NCBI GenBank assembly: GCA_963801605.1
Contig: CAWDFP010000006.1
Coordinates: 1,120,001 to 1,184,000 of the forward strand
Length of the DNA stretch: 64,000 nucleotides
Reading direction: 5' to 3'
Origin: an uncultured candidate division Zixibacteria bacterium
GTDB lineage: Bacteria; Zixibacteria; MSB-5A5; UBA10806
Shown here one piece after another: positions 18,886 through 29,891 of this stretch (positions are counted from its first letter, which is position 1; each line of letters starts with the position of its first letter). The notes beneath the pieces were generated by a model. That model searched no databases. It saw only the letters and a program-made list of their open reading frames with translations, and was not told where the DNA came from. Both the position numbers and the translations under genes were made by a program.

Positions 18886-20734
18886 CTATAGTTTTCCCCA
18901 TTGATTCCTGCGAATCCGCTGATTGATTGAAATATTCGTAAACGGCCCTGGCAATATTAGTCGGGATATTGGGCGTAGCAGAAAGAGCCTCCAGGGAAGC
19001 ACTTTTTATTCCCTCGACCGAACCGAAAGCGGCTAACAGATCAAGTTTCCTTTTTTTGCCGACTCCCGGAATCTTTTCGATTTCGGACTCTTCCAATCGT
19101 TTCGATCTTAAGTTGCGATGATAAGTCACCGCGAATCTGTGCGCCTCATCACGTATGCGCTGCAAGAGCTTCAACGATGATGACGTCCGGGGAATCGAAA
19201 GCGGCTCGGATCGCCCCGGAAGAAAAACCTCCTCGAAACGCTTGGCCAGCGAGGCAACCTGCAGCTCCTCGATATTCTGCTCTCTAATTGCGGATAGCGC
19301 CGCGTTAAGCTGCCCTTTTCCACCATCGATTAAAAGCAAATCAGGATAATCCTTTTGGTTTTCGGCTAAATGCACTAAGTAGCGGCCCACGACTTCTTTC
19401 ATCATCGAAAAATCGTCCTGTCCCTCAACCGATCTGATCCGCATCCGACGATATTCGCTTTTCTTGGGCTGCCCATCGGAGAAAAAAACCACCGATCCAA
19501 CCGCCAGATCCTTTCCAAGATTTGAAATATCGAACGCTGCCATGGTTCGCGGCAGGGTTTTGAGATAAAGATCGCGCTCCAGAGAATAAACCGAGTGATG
19601 CGCTCTCGTTTTGGTAGCGCTTTTCTGAATAAGGTAGAGATCGAGATTATGTTTGGCATTATGAAGCGCCATATCGATTAATTCCACCTTCTCGCCGCGT
19701 TGAGGCACGATGATATATATTCGATGTTCGGCCTTTTCTTTCAAAAACTCCTCGATTAACTCGGCATCCGAAATTTCGGTCGGGATAATTATCTCATTGG
19801 GGTAAATTGTGGCGGTCTTGTAGTATCTGGGAATGAAGTTTCTGACGATCTCTCCGATACTCTCCCCGGCCGTAGCCACAATATAATGTTCCTGGCCGAT
19901 CAGGATACCCTCGCGCACCTGGAGAAGCGCCACGCAGGCATCGCCTCCTTCGGTTGCCACCGCGATAATGTCGCGATCAATCTGGTCGTGGCTTACGGCC
20001 CGCTGTTTCTGAATGACCGATTCTATCGCTCGAAGCTGATCCCGAATTTTGGCCGCCTCCTCATATTTCATCTCCTCGGATAGCTTTTCCATGCGCTCCT
20101 TAAGACGATTCGAGATCTCTTTCGATTTACCGGAAAGAAACATGATAACTTCATCGATCATCGCCCGGTAAGCTTCGGGAGTGGTTTTGCCTTCTTCGCA
20201 GCAACCCGGGCATCGCCCGATGAAATAATCGAGACAAACGTGATGTTTTCGTTTTGATGGCAGCTCCAGGGAACAGGAGCGGATCGGGAATAATCGTCGT
20301 ACCACCGCCAATGTTTTCCGCATGGCTCCGGCATTGGTATAAGGTCCGAAATATTTGGATTTATCACCAGCCATACGGCGAACTACAAATAGCCTGGGAA
20401 AAAGTTCCTCAGTCGTTATTTTTATATAGGGAAATCGCTTATCATCCTTAAGATCAATATTGTATCGAGGCTTGTGCTCTTTAATAAGATTCGATTCCAG
20501 AATCAGCGCATCGATCTCGGAATTAGTAACCAGGATATCGAGATTTGCGATTTGCGTTACAAGTTGTTCGGTTTTCGGATCGGTATGGTTCTTTTGAAAA
20601 TAAGAGCGCACCCTTTTCCGCAACGATTTAGCCTTACCGATATAGATTATCTGGCCATCATCGTTCTTAAATAGGTAGCAACCCGGTAATTCGGGAAGAT
20701 TGGCTAATTTGATATCCAAATCACCATTACTCAT
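18878..20734 (-). CDS. uvrC: excinuclease ABC subunit C
   Basis: GIY-YIG start YIGKAKSLRKRV, DISN, DGGKGQL, RDEAHRFA, C-terminal HhH. Confidence 0.97.
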   Translation of the reverse strand: MSNGDLDIKLANLPELPGCYLFKNDDGQIIYIGKAKSLRKRVRSYFQKNHTDPKTEQLVTQIANLDILVTNSEIDALILESNLIKEHKPRYNIDLKDDKRFPYIKITTEELFPRLFVVRRMAGDKSKYFGPYTNAGAMRKTLAVVRRLFPIRSCSLELPSKRKHHVCLDYFIGRCPGCCEEGKTTPEAYRAMIDEVIMFLSGKSKEISNRLKERMEKLSEEMKYEEAAKIRDQLRAIESVIQKQRAVSHDQIDRDIIAVATEGGDACVALLQVREGILIGQEHYIVATAGESIGEIVRNFIPRYYKTATIYPNEIIIPTEISDAELIEEFLKEKAEHRIYIIVPQRGEKVELIDMALHNAKHNLDLYLIQKSATKTRAHHSVYSLERDLYLKTLPRTMAAFDISNLGKDLAVGSVVFFSDGQPKKSEYRRMRIRSVEGQDDFSMMKEVVGRYLVHLAENQKDYPDLLLIDGGKGQLNAALSAIREQNIEELQVASLAKRFEEVFLPGRSEPLSIPRTSSSLKLLQRIRDEAHRFAVTYHRNLRSKRLEESEIEKIPGVGKKRKLDLLAAFGSVEGIKSASLEALSATPNIPTNIARAVYEYFNQSADSQESMGKTIDE

Positions 20735-20801
20735 ACTTGATTATACTATAATATAGGGCCGAAGGGCAATGTCAAGTCGTTATAATGGCTAAATTTAGGA
20801 G

Positions 20802-20909
20802 CTAATTTAGAGGATAAAATAGGAGCGCCAAGCCCGCTAACAATCCCGTTACGATAAGCATTAAATCCATATTGCTTAGCTTCAGGTGTTTTTCTTTTAG
20901 GATTATCAT
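20802..20909 (-). CDS. 35-aa single-TM microprotein MIILKEKHLKLSNMDLMLIVTGLLAGLALLFYPLN
   Basis: AAGGCGG RBS-like sequence before the ATG; basic N-terminus followed by one hydrophobic helix. Confidence 0.5.
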   Translation of the reverse strand: MIILKEKHLKLSNMDLMLIVTGLLAGLALLFYPLN

Positions 20910-20921
20910 ATAAACCGCCTT

Positions 20922-21023
20922 AAAAAAACGCACGGGAGTGGAGGAGGGGGATGCCCCGAATCATTCGGGGGGGTTCGGGGTGACCGAACCGCACCACTCC
21001 CGCGCCATATTAATACTTTCGAT
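20922..21023 (-). ncRNA. candidate sigma54-dependent structured sRNA
   Basis: Closing stem GCGCGGGAGUGG/CCACUCCCGUGC, two internal hairpins, a C-rich CCCCCUCCUCC tract and a 3' U7 tail; -24/-12 promoter upstream. Confidence 0.65.
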
Positions 21024-21034
21024 TTGAATAACTG

Positions 21035-21049
21035 GCAAGTTATATGCCC
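21035..21049 (-). promoter_or_regulatory. sigma54 (-24/-12) promoter
   Basis: GGGCATATAACTTGC = GG-N10-GC with GGCA and TTGC; IHF-like ATTCAA-N4-TTA at 21109-21121 upstream. Confidence 0.6.
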
Positions 21050-21238
21050 GAACGGGGATATAATTGGCGGAGTTTATAAGTTTTATCGCTTTCAGGAAAC
21101 CAATTGGAATTCAATAAGTTAAGCAAAACAATTAAAACCTTGCGGCGGTTGAAAAACACTCCCAATTCTCCGAGTTATTGATATAAGGCAAAAAGTGTGC
21201 ATAACATTGCGGAGTAAGCTTATGATTTTAATCCCCAT

Positions 21239-21277
21239 AAAAAAAGCCCCCGAGTATCCCAACTCAGGGGCTTTTTT
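21239..21277. terminator. bidirectional intrinsic terminator
   Basis: A-tract-GCCCC...GGGGC-T-tract immediately after the stop of 21294..23726. Confidence 0.8.
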
Positions 21278-21293
21278 ACAGATGTTTTCTTCT

Positions 21294-23726
21294 TTATTTA
21301 AGAAGCGTCATCTTCATGGTTTCAGTCTGAGTGTCGGTTTTCAGACGGTAGTAGTAAATACCGGATGATACCGTGTTACCAGAGGCGTCGTGGCCGTTCC
21401 AAATAACATTGTAGGTTCCGGGATTGTAGCTGCCATCAACCAATGTCATGATCTTCTGACCGATCATGTTGTAGATTTCAAGCTCAACTCTGCCCGCTGT
21501 CGCCAGCTCGAAAGAAATCATGGTCTGAGCGTTGAACGGGTTGGGATAGTTTTGAGCTAATGAACTTACTGTCGGAATCTGCGGCACGTCGTTACCAACC
21601 GAGGTGGCATTTAGAACGACATCAGCATCGCCAACATCGTTTAATACGGCGTCGAATGGTTGATTCGCCTGGCCATCGCCATATACCGACACGACTGAGA
21701 CGTCATACGAACCGGGCTCAATGCCTTCGAAGGTATAGTAACCATCGGGATCGGTTACTGTAACGCCAACAATTGCGCCGTTGATACTGGCATAAACAAT
21801 CGAACCCTCAGCAATATCATCTACCAGCGAAAGAATATAACCGCCAAGTAGACGAGGGCCGGGGGCAACTGCGGCCAGCGCGAAATTGATTCCGGTGGCA
21901 TTCGGCGTCACCGGTGTGGCGTCGGCGAAATTGTGGACGTTGTCATAAAATTCGCCCATATAGCCACGGGCCGATGAAAATACCTTGTAAGGTATCTGCG
22001 AAAGGCCGTCGAGTAGGTAAGTACCGTCATCATTTGTGAACGTATAGCGGAAATTACGATGGCCGCCGTCACCTACTGCAACAACAACAGCGTGAGCAAT
22101 CGGTGTGCCGGTGGAATCATCGGTTACTAAGCCGGCGATAGTACCGTTGAATGGAGGCGGAACCGCCCCGAGAACGATATTAATACCCGTAACATTTTGA
22201 CCTTCGGCAACCATTACAGAATCAGGATATAAAGCGTGTCTGAAACCGCGGCTGAACGCCCTTACTCTGTACGCGCCTGCGACGGCATGAGTCAGAGTGT
22301 AAGCGCCGGTGCTATCGGTTCTGGTATGAATCAAATAAGGTATGCCTAATTTCCGACCCTCAACAAATGCACCAGCTATACCGTGACCGGCAGTATCTGT
22401 AACCGTTCCGGAAATGCTGCCAAATACTATTGGCGTCAAAGCAAAATTGATGTTCGGAACGATAGTGCTGTCTGGCACTGTAACGTGAGTCGGATATTCC
22501 AGCGAATTATAGTCTCTGGCTGACGCCTGAACGATATATTCGCCGGGACGAGCTGCCAGAAGATATGCGCCGGTGGAATCGGTTCTGGCCATAAAATGCA
22601 TCCAATGGTTGTTTACATCGATGGCAGTTACCATAGCGCCGCGAATCGGCAGAGTGGTAGCCGAATTTGTAACCGTTCCGGAAATACCGCTGGTTGGGGC
22701 TGGCGGCGGCGGAGGCGGACCCTGAGGGGAAAGCAGGAAGTTGATGCCGGTCGGGTTGGTAGCGCTATCAACCACTACTGTAGTGGCCTGGGCGCGCTCG
22801 GGAACGTTATTATACCAGAGCCCTGTAAAGTGATAGGCTTCGGCTCTGATTTGATAATCGCCAAATTGAACATGCAGGGTATAATTTCCCGAACGATCTG
22901 TTTCCGCCATTGCGGAGGGACGATCGCTATTGGGATGATAGGCAAATACCATCGCACCTAAAGGAACAGAAGTGCTATCAGCATGCCCTAAAACTGTTCC
23001 AGTTATTGTTCCCTGGCCAGGAGGCGGGGGAGGGGGTCCCTGTTCGGCAAGCAGGAAATTAATCCCGGTCGGGTTGGTTGCGCTATCAACTACAACTGTG
23101 GTCGCCTGAGCACGTTCGGCAACGTTATTGTACCAGAGTCCCACAAAGTGATAGGCCTCGGCCCTGATCTGATAATTGCCAAACGTTACATGTAGAGTAA
23201 AATTGCCGGAGCGATCAGTCATCGCCATGGCAACTGGACGATCACCGTCCGGATGATAAGCAAATACCTGAGCGGATATAGGAACATTCGTAGTATCTTC
23301 TTGTCCCAATACGGTGCCTGAAATTGTACCCTGGCCGGGTGGCGGCGGAGGCGGCCCCTGGGGGACCATCAGGAAGTCGATGCCAACAGGATTAGTGGCG
23401 CTGTCAACCATAACGGTTGTAGCTTGAGCCCGTTCGGGTACGTTATTGTACCAAAGCGGACTGAAACGATATGCTTCGGCCCTGATTTGATAATCGCCGT
23501 AGGGTACACGTAATGTATAATGTCCCTCTGCATCGGCCATTGTGCCGGTAACCGGCATTTGCCCATTTGGATGATAGGCGACGACATGTGCTCCGGGAAA
23601 CGGCTGTGGAATGCTGTCGGTTTGGGCCATGACAGTTCCAGAAATTGTGCCTTGCTGATGTTGGCCCCAAGCTAATGTAGTCATTAGCAGCAGAGCCATA
23701 GTCACGAAAAACAGTTTCTTCATCAA
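21294..23726 (-). CDS. secreted protein with repeated carboxypeptidase-regulatory-like (Cna-B type) domains and a T9SS type-A sorting domain
   Basis: Signal peptide; three near-identical repeats joined by GPPPPPP linkers; C-terminal LAQNYPNPFN...WNG...SGIYYYRL...KMTLLK. Confidence 0.88.
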   Translation of the reverse strand: MMKKLFFVTMALLLMTTLAWGQHQQGTISGTVMAQTDSIPQPFPGAHVVAYHPNGQMPVTGTMADAEGHYTLRVPYGDYQIRAEAYRFSPLWYNNVPERAQATTVMVDSATNPVGIDFLMVPQGPPPPPPGQGTISGTVLGQEDTTNVPISAQVFAYHPDGDRPVAMAMTDRSGNFTLHVTFGNYQIRAEAYHFVGLWYNNVAERAQATTVVVDSATNPTGINFLLAEQGPPPPPPGQGTITGTVLGHADSTSVPLGAMVFAYHPNSDRPSAMAETDRSGNYTLHVQFGDYQIRAEAYHFTGLWYNNVPERAQATTVVVDSATNPTGINFLLSPQGPPPPPPAPTSGISGTVTNSATTLPIRGAMVTAIDVNNHWMHFMARTDSTGAYLLAARPGEYIVQASARDYNSLEYPTHVTVPDSTIVPNINFALTPIVFGSISGTVTDTAGHGIAGAFVEGRKLGIPYLIHTRTDSTGAYTLTHAVAGAYRVRAFSRGFRHALYPDSVMVAEGQNVTGINIVLGAVPPPFNGTIAGLVTDDSTGTPIAHAVVVAVGDGGHRNFRYTFTNDDGTYLLDGLSQIPYKVFSSARGYMGEFYDNVHNFADATPVTPNATGINFALAAVAPGPRLLGGYILSLVDDIAEGSIVYASINGAIVGVTVTDPDGYYTFEGIEPGSYDVSVVSVYGDGQANQPFDAVLNDVGDADVVLNATSVGNDVPQIPTVSSLAQNYPNPFNAQTMISFELATAGRVELEIYNMIGQKIMTLVDGSYNPGTYNVIWNGHDASGNTVSSGIYYYRLKTDTQTETMKMTLLK

Positions 23727-23783
23727 TTCCTCCTTGCACTCATTTAAATTGTTTGATCAATAAATTTCGTATTCACCTTTGAC

Positions 23784-23811
23784 TTTGACACAGTGAAATA
23801 GAAGAGGTTTA
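23784..23811 (-). promoter_or_regulatory. possible ECF sigma promoter
   Basis: TAAACCT-N15-GTCAAA about 60 nt upstream of the secreted-protein gene. Confidence 0.35.
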
Positions 23812-24339
23812 ATCCCCGTTTGCCATTTGGGGATAATACTTCTTTCATTGTCAATATCCAAAAAAAGCTGTCAAAAATTAATTTGGGCCATTCATTTTGC
23901 TCGCAACTCACCGTACATTTTAAAAACGCTTGGTCAATTTCCCGGTTTTACAACAAAATAATACGAAGAGCAGTTCCGGCCTATTAAGAAACTCCGTTAA
24001 AAATTTCTTTTCAAATAATAATACCCTTGTCGCCCCTTAATGTCAAGATGTTATGCTGCTTCAATTCCAATTTTTGTCTGCTAAAGTGTAATTATTATTA
24101 ATAATTTTTTTTACGATAATTCTCTATCGAACAAGCCCGAACCTTCTACAAAAATTTGGGAAATGAAATAAGCGTGAAAAATCATTTGTAATTTAATACT
24201 GTAAGACCTTTCCTAATAAGAAGTTAGTTATTTTATTGTGCTTTCTTTACGAGGACAACCATTAAAAGTGTTATTAAAATAAGCATTGCCAATTTTGAGA
24301 AATAGGATATATTCACTACTGTAGAAAATTGTAACAGTT

Positions 24340-27300
24340 ATGGATTTAGTTAATAACAGATACGAACTAAAAAGAATGCTCGGTTCTGGTGCACTGGGCG
24401 ATATATACCTCTGCCATGATCATCGCGAAGACCGGTTGGTCTGTCTAAAGATATTAAGAGCAACTAACCCAGACGTAATTACTGACATTATTGAGGAGTT
24501 CAAACTTCTTTCTGCCCTGGATCATCCCTGTCTAATCAAGGTTTATGACTTTGAACGCGATGAAAAAATCGGTCCCTATTTTACGATGGAGTACGCCTCA
24601 AACGGCGATTTGGGACAACACCTGCCTCTTGATTTCAAGAGATTTATTTCCGCTGCAAATGCGATCCTGGCGGCAATGGCATTTATTCATAGTCGAAATA
24701 TTATCCATGGCGACCTGAAACCTGCTAATATACTGATCGATTCAAAAAACAATTATCGGCTGAGCGACTTCGGGTTATCATCAATTCTGGGAGGATCGGA
24801 ATTAACCCGCCGGTCAGGAAGCATCCTCTATGTTGCGCCGGAGATAATGCGTTACGAGCAGGCCACCGTTAAATCCGATATCTATTCTCTGGGCATATTA
24901 TTTTATGAGATGCTGTTGGGTTGTTCTCCCTATCACACCGAAAATCCCGATGAAATCTTAAGCGCTAAACTTCGCGGTGAAACTCCGATAGATCTCATCC
25001 CGGATGCAATCGGCGGAGAAAAAATAACACAGATTTTACGCAAGATGACATCATCTCAGCCTGCGCAACGATATCCGTCAATCGAGGATGTCGCGAATGA
25101 TTTAAAAAGTTTGAGAAATAACGGGGAACCTGTTGAGGCTATCTCAGTTATCGGGCGCGCGAAATTTGTGGGACGGAAAGAGGAACTTGCCTGGTTAAAT
25201 GCCGGACTGGAGCGTTGGAGTCAAGGCGAAAGTGTCACTTATTTCATTGGGGGCGAGGCTGGTATTGGGAAAAGCTGGTTATTGGATGAGTTTCGAGTCA
25301 GGTCGCAGGTGGCAGGATATAAGTTTTATCGAGTTTACTGTCGCGAGGATGATTTACGGCCATTTTCCCCGATTCTAAAGCTGCTAAGCCACCTTTTCGA
25401 TGAGCTTGATCCGAGTTTAAAGAGATTTTCAAGCTTCGGCCCGGACTTGAAAAGATTATTCCCCGTTAAATTTTCAGGAGCTGGGCAACAGGCGTTAAGC
25501 GAGGCCGATATTAAATCGGGGCGGCGCAGGCTGCTCGATAATCTTCTGCAATATTTGGGCGATATAAGCTCGAGCGGCAAAGCAATTTTCGCCATTGAGG
25601 ATATCCAATGGGCCGATAGTGATACTCAAGATTTCCTGAAGTTAGCTTTTGAAATGCCATTAAATATAATAGGCCGAGCATTATTTCTGGTCACCACCGG
25701 ACAAGTACATTCGGATAACAAGTCACAAATCCCAAAACCATCAAATCCGGTTAAACTCAGAATATTAGCCGGCCCTGACAGGGAAACCTGGAAGCTGTTT
25801 TTAACTGATTTAATCGGCGGCAATTTTCCGGAAGATTTTTCGCAACGGCTTTTAAGCGAAACCGGCGGGAATTTTCTATTTACAACCGAGATCATCAAAG
25901 AACTTGTCGAATCCAGACTTCTTCATCGGTTACAGGGAGAATGGATTCCAGAGGTAGATTGGCCAACCAAAATTAATGTTCCTCAGGGTGTCAAACCGGT
26001 AATTGCGAGGCGAATCAACCGCCTCCGTCCGGAGTTGAGAGCAGTAACGGACCTGGCTTCAGTGTTGGATCGCTCGTTTTTACCCGAGGAACTTGAAGGG
26101 CTGGGAGTAACGAAACCCGAGACTTACCTGCATGAATTGATTGGGCTGGGAATTTTGGGACGCACGATAATTGGAACTCATGAACGATATGATTTTTCCC
26201 ACGGTCAGCTTCGCCGAGTCTCTTACGAGCTATTAAGCGAGGATTGGCGCGAAACCTATCATCGCAAAATCGCGGAATTTTCCGAAAAGAAGGGAGGCGA
26301 ACCCGAATATTTAGGTCATCATTATTTAGAAGCAAAGAGATTCGATAAAGCTTATGGCTATATATACAACTCCGCTCATAAAGCGGAACAGCTTTATGCA
26401 TATCATAGATCTGCCGATTTCTATCGGCAAGCGCTTCGATGTTTAGAAAGCCAGCCCGATAGCCTGGAGCGAAATGACCGTTTTTTTGAAATTTATCTCG
26501 GTTTGGGGAAATCTTTAGATTTCTTTTCGCCGCTTGAGGCTACCGAATCGCTCTTAAGAGCAGTGCAGTTAGCCCAACTGGGAAAACCGGAACAGCTGGC
26601 AGAAGCTTCAATCTGGGCAGGTAATAATCATGTGCATATCGGCGAAAATGAAAAGGCGGTTCCTTATTTTGAAAAGGCACTATCGGCGGCTCGGGAAATT
26701 AATAATTTCAGGCTAACAGGCGAGGCAGGCACCGGATTGGGATTTGCTTACGACAAGATGGGTCGTCTCGATGAGGCTGAGAAATCGTATCTGCGCGCTC
26801 TTAATGCGCTTTCCGAGGTTGACTATCCGGAGGCATCCTGTCGCGTTTTAAATTCTATGGGAATCATCTCCAAACGTCGCGGTGATTTCAATCGAGCTCT
26901 GGATTTCTACCGTCGGGCGCTTGATATATCTATCGAAAAGAAATTTTTCTGGTCAGCCATGAATCTCTACGGCAATCTGGGGAATCTCTATATTGCCAGG
27001 GGGGATCTTAAAAGTGGTCTCGATTATTATATAAAATCGCTTCAGATTTCAGAGGAGATATCAGATCGGCGTATAGAGAGCATTAACCTGCTAAATATCG
27101 GCCATACATTTAATGAGGTGGGAGACCTGGAGCAAGCCGAAAAGCATTTCTTCCAGGCGATCCATAAGCTTAAAGACCTCGGAGATAAGGGTTCGGAGGC
27201 CATAGCGCTTAACAATCTCGGACTTCTCTATTATCGTAAGGGAGAGATTGCCAAATCGATCGAGCACTATCAAAAAGGTCGGGATTTAGCCAAAGAAATA

Positions 27301-29514
27301 AATCAACCTCGTGCTGAACTTGCCAACCGTATCGGGCTGGCCGAGGATTTTACTGCCATAGCAGCGTTTGATGAAGCCGGAGAGGAGGGGGAGCTGGCTA
27401 AATCGATGGCGACAGAAATCAATGATATGGAGCAATTGGCGGCCGCTCTTTCCACACTTGCGGAAATTAAATTCGAAACGGGTGACACAAAGGGAGCCTC
27501 GCAGGAGATTATCTCATTCCTGGGGCTATCAGATCAAATTGGCGAGCCAATTCAAAGAGCGAAAATTCTGTTATTGGGGCAAGCCTGCGCCATGACCGTC
27601 ATACCGCTGAATGAGCTCGATGAGCTTCTATCCCAAAATCCCAGAATTGGACCTATGGTAACCCGATTTCGAGCCCTGGGCGCCATCAACAGCAGCAAAA
27701 ATCCGGAGCTTTGGCTGGCCCAATTAGATGACGCTATCAGAAAAGCTCGATCGTTTTTCTTGCCTGGTGAGACCTGGAGGCTACTATCGCTAAAGGCCAG
27801 ATTTTTAAGCTTAATGGGGGAGAAATTTGAAAGCGTTCGCGAAATAGAAAAATTAAGGGGAGAGATTTCGTCAGCTTTGGCGGGCCTGCCCCAAAAATCA
27901 AAGCTGATTGCTTTCTTGCAGGTATTGCCCGAAACCGAGAATAAAACCGAAAGAAGATTGGATACCATGACTAATGCATCGCGCGAAGAGCGTTTGGAAG
28001 TCCTCATACGGGTAGCGAGGACCGTGAATACCATAAGAGAGCTTGATCCGCTCCTGAATAAAATTATGGATTTAGCGCTTGAGACTCTGGGCGGTGAAAG
28101 AGGTTTCATAATGCTATTTTCCAATTCCGATGGATTGGAGGGAAAAGCGCTGGAACCAAGAGTGGCTCGAAATTTGGCTCGTGAGGATATCCTGAGCGAA
28201 ACAACAATCTCGCATTCGAGCGCCATGGATGTGGCCGTCACGGGAAAGCCGTTGCTATTGGGTAAAAGCGAAGACCAGGTTGATCCCCGGCAATCGATGG
28301 TGACATTTCGTATTTCATCGCTCCTTTGTGTGCCATTGGCGGTTAAGGGAGAGGTTTTAGGGATTGTCTATGTTGATAGTCGGTCGGGCAAAACATTTAC
28401 AAACGACGATCTCGATTTTCTGGTGAGTTTCGCCGACCTGGCGGCAATTGCGATAGAAAATGCCAGCCTATCGGAGGGTCTTTCGAAAAAGAATAGCTAT
28501 CTTCAAAAGCAGGTCGAATCGATTTGGGGATTTGGTAATATCGTAGGACGGTCCGCCGCCATGCAGAAGGTTTTTCGGATGGCGGAATCGGTGGCTGAAA
28601 CGGATGTTACAGTAGTAATCGCTGGTGAATCGGGCACCGGTAAGGAGCTTTTGGCCCGCGCCATCCATTTTGCAAGCCCTCGGAAAAAAGGACGGTTTGT
28701 TCCGGTCGACTGCGGAGCGATGGCTGAAACGCTTCTGGAATCCGAACTCTTTGGCTATCTCAAAGGGGCTTTTACCGGAGCGGTTTCCGATCGGGAAGGT
28801 CTTTTCGAGGCTGCCGAGGGCGGAACTGTTTTTCTCGATGAGATCAGCAATACCAGCAAAAACTTTCAAGCCAAGCTTCTTAGAGTATTACAGGAAAATG
28901 AAATTCGTCGGGTAGGCGATACTCGCACCAGAAAAGTCGATGTCAGGGTTATTGCAGCCACCAATAAGGATCTCGAGGGAGAGGTGAAGACGGGAAATTT
29001 CAGGGAGGACCTTTTCTACCGGCTCAACGTAGTCAATATCACTTTGCCGCTTCTAAAAGATCGTTCAGATGATATACCTGTTTTGGCCAATTATTTTCTG
29101 CAAAAGATTTGCGATAAAATGAAAATCCCACACAAAACTTTTTCGTCTCAAGCTCTCGATGCTATTCAATGTTTTCACTGGCCGGGGAATGTCAGGCAAC
29201 TTGAAAATATATGCGAACGGGCCACAATTTTCGCCAAATCAAGCATTATCGATCTTGAGGTGCTTCCCGTTGAAATTAGATCTTATAATACGAGTCCCCG
29301 TCAGACTGGCGGGCCGCTCTCGGCCCCCAAAACCAAAGCGGAGCTTAAGAGCGAAAAAGCCCGGATCGAACGTCTCTTTATTTTGGATATCCTAAACCGA
29401 ACCGATGGCAACGTTATGGAAGCATCGCGGCTTTCCGGCATGGACCGCTCGCAGATTCATCATTTGATGAGCAGGTTGGGAATTATTAGCGCCGATTTTA
29501 AGAAAAGCGACTGA
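24340..29514 (+). CDS. Ser/Thr kinase-AAA(STAND) ATPase-TPR-GAF-sigma54-dependent Fis-family activator
   Basis: [45 protein letters not shown]-like repeats; GAF (LCVPL...GIVYVD); [28 protein letters not shown]-terminal HTH. Confidence 0.92.
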   Translation: MDLVNNRYELKRMLGSGALGDIYLCHDHREDRLVCLKILRATNPDVITDIIEEFKLLSALDHPCLIKVYDFERDEKIGPYFTMEYASNGDLGQHLPLDFKRFISAANAILAAMAFIHSRNIIHGDLKPANILIDSKNNYRLSDFGLSSILGGSELTRRSGSILYVAPEIMRYEQATVKSDIYSLGILFYEMLLGCSPYHTENPDEILSAKLRGETPIDLIPDAIGGEKITQILRKMTSSQPAQRYPSIEDVANDLKSLRNNGEPVEAISVIGRAKFVGRKEELAWLNAGLERWSQGESVTYFIGGEAGIGKSWLLDEFRVRSQVAGYKFYRVYCREDDLRPFSPILKLLSHLFDELDPSLKRFSSFGPDLKRLFPVKFSGAGQQALSEADIKSGRRRLLDNLLQYLGDISSSGKAIFAIEDIQWADSDTQDFLKLAFEMPLNIIGRALFLVTTGQVHSDNKSQIPKPSNPVKLRILAGPDRETWKLFLTDLIGGNFPEDFSQRLLSETGGNFLFTTEIIKELVESRLLHRLQGEWIPEVDWPTKINVPQGVKPVIARRINRLRPELRAVTDLASVLDRSFLPEELEGLGVTKPETYLHELIGLGILGRTIIGTHERYDFSHGQLRRVSYELLSEDWRETYHRKIAEFSEKKGGEPEYLGHHYLEAKRFDKAYGYIYNSAHKAEQLYAYHRSADFYRQALRCLESQPDSLERNDRFFEIYLGLGKSLDFFSPLEATESLLRAVQLAQLGKPEQLAEASIWAGNNHVHIGENEKAVPYFEKALSAAREINNFRLTGEAGTGLGFAYDKMGRLDEAEKSYLRALNALSEVDYPEASCRVLNSMGIISKRRGDFNRALDFYRRALDISIEKKFFWSAMNLYGNLGNLYIARGDLKSGLDYYIKSLQISEEISDRRIESINLLNIGHTFNEVGDLEQAEKHFFQAIHKLKDLGDKGSEAIALNNLGLLYYRKGEIAKSIEHYQKGRDLAKEINQPRAELANRIGLAEDFTAIAAFDEAGEEGELAKSMATEINDMEQLAAALSTLAEIKFETGDTKGASQEIISFLGLSDQIGEPIQRAKILLLGQACAMTVIPLNELDELLSQNPRIGPMVTRFRALGAINSSKNPELWLAQLDDAIRKARSFFLPGETWRLLSLKARFLSLMGEKFESVREIEKLRGEISSALAGLPQKSKLIAFLQVLPETENKTERRLDTMTNASREERLEVLIRVARTVNTIRELDPLLNKIMDLALETLGGERGFIMLFSNSDGLEGKALEPRVARNLAREDILSETTISHSSAMDVAVTGKPLLLGKSEDQVDPRQSMVTFRISSLLCVPLAVKGEVLGIVYVDSRSGKTFTNDDLDFLVSFADLAAIAIENASLSEGLSKKNSYLQKQVESIWGFGNIVGRSAAMQKVFRMAESVAETDVTVVIAGESGTGKELLARAIHFASPRKKGRFVPVDCGAMAETLLESELFGYLKGAFTGAVSDREGLFEAAEGGTVFLDEISNTSKNFQAKLLRVLQENEIRRVGDTRTRKVDVRVIAATNKDLEGEVKTGNFREDLFYRLNVVNITLPLLKDRSDDIPVLANYFLQKICDKMKIPHKTFSSQALDAIQCFHWPGNVRQLENICERATIFAKSSIIDLEVLPVEIRSYNTSPRQTGGPLSAPKTKAELKSEKARIERLFILDILNRTDGNVMEASRLSGMDRSQIHHLMSRLGIISADFKKSD

Positions 29515-29527
29515 CAAGTTGGGTCGT

Positions 29528-29692
29528 CCGGCCCGGGTTCCGCCTTTTGTCCCGATAAATCGGGACAAAAGTAAAATCCGATGAATTCAAAATCGTATAT
29601 AATTCTATGTTACTTTATTTATTCAGAATAATAACACTATTCCCGGCGATTTCTGCGTCCCGATCTATGATCGGGAGGCGGAACCCGGCCGG
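29528..29692. repeat. Four-way-junction structured repeat, copy C
   Basis: CCGGCCCGGGTTCCGCC/GGCGGAACCCGGCCGG outer stem; hairpins TTTTGTCCCGAT-AA-ATCGGGACAAAA and TCCCGATC-TAT-GATCGGGA; degenerate central arm with an AT-rich insert. Confidence 0.85.
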
Positions 29693-29717
29693 AAATTGTC
29701 GATCGCGGTGTGCTTTG

Positions 29718-29891
29718 CTAGGCTCTCTTTTTTGGACCGCTATTCTGGCTTTTGTTACGATTTTGGTATTTCAGATGGCGATCAATCCATATAAGCACCA
29801 CTATTCCGGCAGCAGTCCCGGAGACGGCCCCCAGCATAAGCTCTGTGGATGATGGAAAGTTCAGTTCGGTTGCTAATTGCTGTATAATCAT
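29718..29891 (-). CDS. possible 57-aa single-TM protein
   Basis: MIIQQLATEL...LMLGAVSGTAAGIVVLIWI followed by a basic tail; weak RBS. Confidence 0.35.
   Translation of the reverse strand: MIIQQLATELNFPSSTELMLGAVSGTAAGIVVLIWIDRHLKYQNRNKSQNSGPKKRA

Noticed and set aside
21187..21200. Plus-strand GG-N10-GC (GGCAAAAAGTGTGC)
   Set aside because: Lacks TTGC at -12 and points straight into a terminator with nothing to transcribe.
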